NCBI GenBank assembly: GCA_010909165.1
Contig: MU008240.1
Span: 1 to 49,750 of the forward strand
Origin: Anthoceros angustus
Taxonomy: Eukaryota; Plantae; Anthocerotophyta
Direction of reading: 5' to 3'
DNA length: 49,750 nt
In this document: positions 46,013 to 49,750 of the stretch, piece after piece
How positions within the stretch are numbered: position 1 is the stretch's first letter
Layout: the number at the start of each line of letters is the position of its first letter
Program-made: the position numbers and the translations under genes
The notes under the pieces: model-generated
What the model was told of the DNA's origin: nothing
Databases searched by the model: none
Seen by the model: the letters and a program-made list of their open reading frames with translations, nothing else

Positions 46013-49000
46013 ATATACTCCAACGCACTGCTCCAATCGCTACTAGGCCTTGAATACAATGATATTCAACCCCATCATGCTTTGTGTGAGTGTGGAATAC
46101 AGGCTCTGGCTAACGCTATGGAACCATGATTATCCGTCTTGATAGTGCAAGTGTTGGCAATAGCAAACCAAGTTCTTGAAACAAAGAATTCACACCAAAC
46201 AACTTCCTTTACAGCCATGTAAGCATCAGATTTTTGCCTCAGGCAGCCTAGATAAAGCGATCGACATGTTGGTTGCTTCTTGCTTGACCAGCATATAGGT
46301 CCTCCTGTATGCTAACTACATAGCCAAACACTAACTTTATGGTATCTATATCTAAGTCTCGGATACACAGATCGAGGGCTTGTTCCTTCCGTAATGTGAT
46401 TTGATCCTCTCTATTTGTGTGCCCTTGAGGTATCTAAACACTCTTTTAACACAAGTTCAGTGTTCTTGACATGGATTTTCCAGATACTCTGAAAGGACAC
46501 TTGTAGCTTAAGGTATCTTTGGATGTGTGGTGTTGGCTGCATAGATCAGTTTACCAACAGCCTATCGGTGAAGGATCTTCACCATGTGTTCTTTCTCAAA
46601 ATGTGTTTTAGGAGACATGCTCTTGCTTTGAGCCCACTTGGTGGGCGCTATTGGGTTGGCTTTTCATTCCCCTCAACCACACCGCCAAGATATCGAGTTT
46701 GAGTTAAAGTTATAACACGTTTCTGTCAATTTCGCTGAATATGAATGCCGAGACAGCTCTGAAGTGGTCCAAGATTTGACATCTTGAACTTAGTAGCAAG
46801 CATGTCTATGATGTTGTTAATGAACTCTTGGTGTTGCTTGACAGGATCAAATTGTCAATGTAGACTGCCAAGAAACACACTACTTTCCCTTTAATGTAGA
46901 TGTATAAGTCCCATCAGCTTGGCTTTTCACGAAACCAAGGGCTAGTAATTCCTCATCTAGCACTACGTTCTATTCTATAGCTGACTATTTCAACCCCATA
47001 GAGTTTTGATGAGCTTGCACTATAGTCTTCTTTGCCTTTGACCTCATAGCCGGAGACTGCAAATAGATTGGATCAAGCTTTCCATACAAGAAAGGTTCAC
47101 ATCGAACATATAGTTTACAGTCCTTATATGCTCATACGGCATATATGGTCACAAGGTGGCAAGCTTCACGATGGGAGCGAAGGTTTCTAGATAGTCCAAA
47201 CCTGAAACTTGGGAGAATCCTCGCCACCACGCTTTGTATCTATCAAAAGTACCATCGACTTTTGACTTTCCAATTGAAGACCCATTTACAGGACACCATC
47301 TTGACTGGAGGTAACTTGGCCAGCTCCAAGTACCATTTTCAATGAGAGAGTCATATTCTCACCGAATAGCTTTCTCCTATTCTTTATGGGTCGCCCACGC
47401 AATGCCTCCTCATAGGATTAAGGGTCCAATGGGATCCAAGGCATGCATCACCGAATGAGACGAAGATGCAAGGAAATCTGGAGCACTGTAGTAATCTGGG
47501 GGTCTTCAATCATGAGTGGGATTACGACGAACAGGCTAGGGCTTAGGATCTGCAGCAGGAAGAAGATCAGCATTCTGGCCAATATCAACACCAAAGAAAG
47601 AGTTAAAATTAAAGTCGAGTAGCATCAACTGTACTAGAGGATATTGGTTCTACATAGCAAGCGGAGTGGCCTGTTCAAGTTCAGGGTCAACAAGTATTGC
47701 ATCATTAGCTAAAATGGTTGCATCATCCCCACCTATAGGAATTACAATATCCTCAATGGGGGCTAGAGTGCCACGACCAGTAGAGTCAAAATGGGACACA
47801 TCAGGGAGAAAAGCACTATCCTCAAAGTCATCAGCGACTGAAGAAAATGGAGTCACTCCCATTGTAGCCCAAGGACGATGTTTGTCAAAGGTAACACTCC
47901 GAGCATATGTCACCTTGTTACTTGGAACATCGTACGGTTTATAAGCCTTGATGCCTTATGTGTACCCTAACATAAGGAGCTTTCTAGTCTTGTCTGACAA
48001 TTTCTTACGCTGTTCCTTAGGGATAAAAGCAGAAGCCAAGCATCCAAAAGTCCAAAGATGAAAAATTGAAGGCTTGTGGCTAGTGAAAGCTTCATAGGGT
48101 GTCATGCCTACAAACCGAGGTGGTAGGTAACTGATTCTTGAGATAAGTGGAAGTCATGAGGGCTTCAAACCAATAAGGCAAGAAAAACTGAGCTTGATGA
48201 AGCAGATACTAGGAGGTCATCTCTTGCAAAGTTAAATTCAAGCGCTTAGAAACTTTGTTCTGTTACGAAGTATAAACAACTGTAAGTTGTCTCCCTATCC
48301 TTCCTCGGCACAAAAAGATTGGAATTCCTTCAAGGTGAATTGGCCTCCATTGTCAAATCAAAGAGTCTTAAGTTATTTTCCAGTCCATTTCTCTACATAC
48401 TTGATGTAAGTCTTGAAATGGGCAAAACACTCACTTTGTTTCTCAAAATATAAGAGGTGACAAAGTGTGTATTCATTGTGTATTCATCAAGAAAAGAAGT
48501 TAAATTATGTCTGAATGAAAAGACAACTTAAACTAAAATGAAAAGATATGTCTATTCATCTAGGGATGTAACATTAGTTAGTCAGAAGGGTACACCTATT
48601 AAATAATCAACTATCCCAATGATAACGTATTTAATGTCTTATATGGTCGATAAACACAAGTATACTTCTTCGTGAACAAGATGAACACTTTGAGGCGGCA
48701 ATATAAAGCGGAGGCTAAGAAGCTCACAATTGGGGTGTATGCTTATGAATGGGTATTTTGAGAGGCCATGGATACATTCATGAATGACAATCCTAAGGTA
48801 TATGAATAATGTATATCATACAAGATTGCCATCTCCCTTGTCATTGAAGGTGATAGCAATTGTCATGCTTGCATATGCAACCTCTCCCAAAGACCTTGCC
48901 GACTAGGTGCTTTCCACCAAACCCTAGAAACATGAGCTCCGTCCCTTGACCGCTTAAACTACACACGCAGCCATAACCAACATTACGAAAGAACTTATCA

Positions 49001-49483
49001 TATTAATTGTGAAAGAATCATCATAATATAAGTGAAGATAATGAATTAAAAAGTTATTATGAAAATATCTTGAACATAGCCCAAAGAGCCAAAGAAAACC
49101 CTAACTTCATCCATGGCCAAAAACTCGAGCAACCCCGACGACGCAAGTATGGGCACACAAGGAAATGAAACCGGGATGCCGGGTTCCCAGAACTAGTGTA
49201 TATTGAGTAGCCCGGGTCGGCCCCGCGATGGACCGGGCACAGGGCTTACCCATATGCTGGAAGGGAAAAACCCTGACTCCATGTAAACACTACTTCAGAC
49301 GCCCGGCCGAGGAAACGTCAGGCTCCCCTCCACTCTCTCAACAAATGGAGCCCAAATTCGCTCATAAAATATGAGTATAAGTCATAATGCAGCCAATACC
49401 GTATCTTTCTCGACGAAGGCCAGTTGAGGACCGCTCGAAGCTAGTGGGAAGCTGGCTGTCCCGTACAGTAGAAGCTTCCAGAG

Positions 49484-49750
49484 TCAGAATGCAATGCCAC
49501 TGCAACACCTATAAAGATCCCGGTTTCTTTCAGCAGAAACACCTGAAGTTGCGATAACGGAACCATTCATCTTGATGGAATGGATTTGCTGAAAGAGAAA
49601 GATGCAGTCCGACAAACACTTGGATACCTTCCACAGGAATTCGGACTTTATCCTAAATCCAGGGCGGAAGACCTGCTCAATTACTTCGCCGTTTTGAAAG
49701 GCATTACTTCCAACCCAAAGAAAAGAGGTCGTGGAATCCTGCTGATACAA
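49484..49750 (-). CDS. Possible 3' end of an unidentified ORF running off the window
   Basis: Open frame of 88 codons to the window edge; no motif recognised. Confidence 0.15.
   Translation of the reverse strand: MYQQDSTTSFLWVGSNAFQNGEVIEQVFRPGFRIKSEFLWKVSKCLSDCIFLFQQIHSIKMNGSVIATSGVSAERNRDLYRCCSGIAF

Larger units (their letters stand above)
38600..48659 (-). mobile_element. Ty1/Copia element D (host), split by element C: partial 5' LTR 48478-48659, INT-RT-RNase H 46018-48470, RNase H end 39190-39295, 3' accessory region to ~38600
   Basis: FVTSYILRNKSECF (INT); EYDSLIENGTW, VSCKWVF, GFSQV, ETFAPIVKL, VYIDNLIL (RT); the RNase H end ENPA.ILTKALSKEL resumes left of the insertion. 3' LTR not found. 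Confidence 0.85.

Noticed and set aside
1-49750. tRNA or rRNA genes
   Set aside because: Only 11-12 nt tRNA-iMet PBS complements were seen; no cloverleaf or rRNA-like sequence.

Overview
Repeat-dense land-plant nuclear DNA (the canonical 4-exon YUCCA gene indicates an embryophyte; a seed-free lineage is only a guess). One recognisable host gene, a YUCCA flavin monooxygenase (minus strand, 29395-31351), sits among nested, frameshifted LTR retrotransposons and DNA-transposon remnants. Main finding: a Ty3/Gypsy element (minus, ~20140-27240) whose polyprotein reads gag-CCHC / aspartic protease / DNMT3-like C5 cytosine methyltransferase (motifs I, II, III, IV with catalytic Cys, VI ENV, VIII, X) / RT / RNase H / integrase / C-terminal PHD finger, i.e. 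a retroelement carrying both a DNA-methylation writer and a histone-tail reader. Second finding: two related Copia elements, one nested in the other, both carry a homologous intron-containing antisense gene between pol and the 3' LTR. Abundant 1-bp indels (also in YUCCA exon 4 and in a Copia with near-identical LTRs) and an N at 18449 suggest low consensus accuracy, so frameshifts may be partly assembly error. All domain calls come from manual motif reading across frames; no database search was run.
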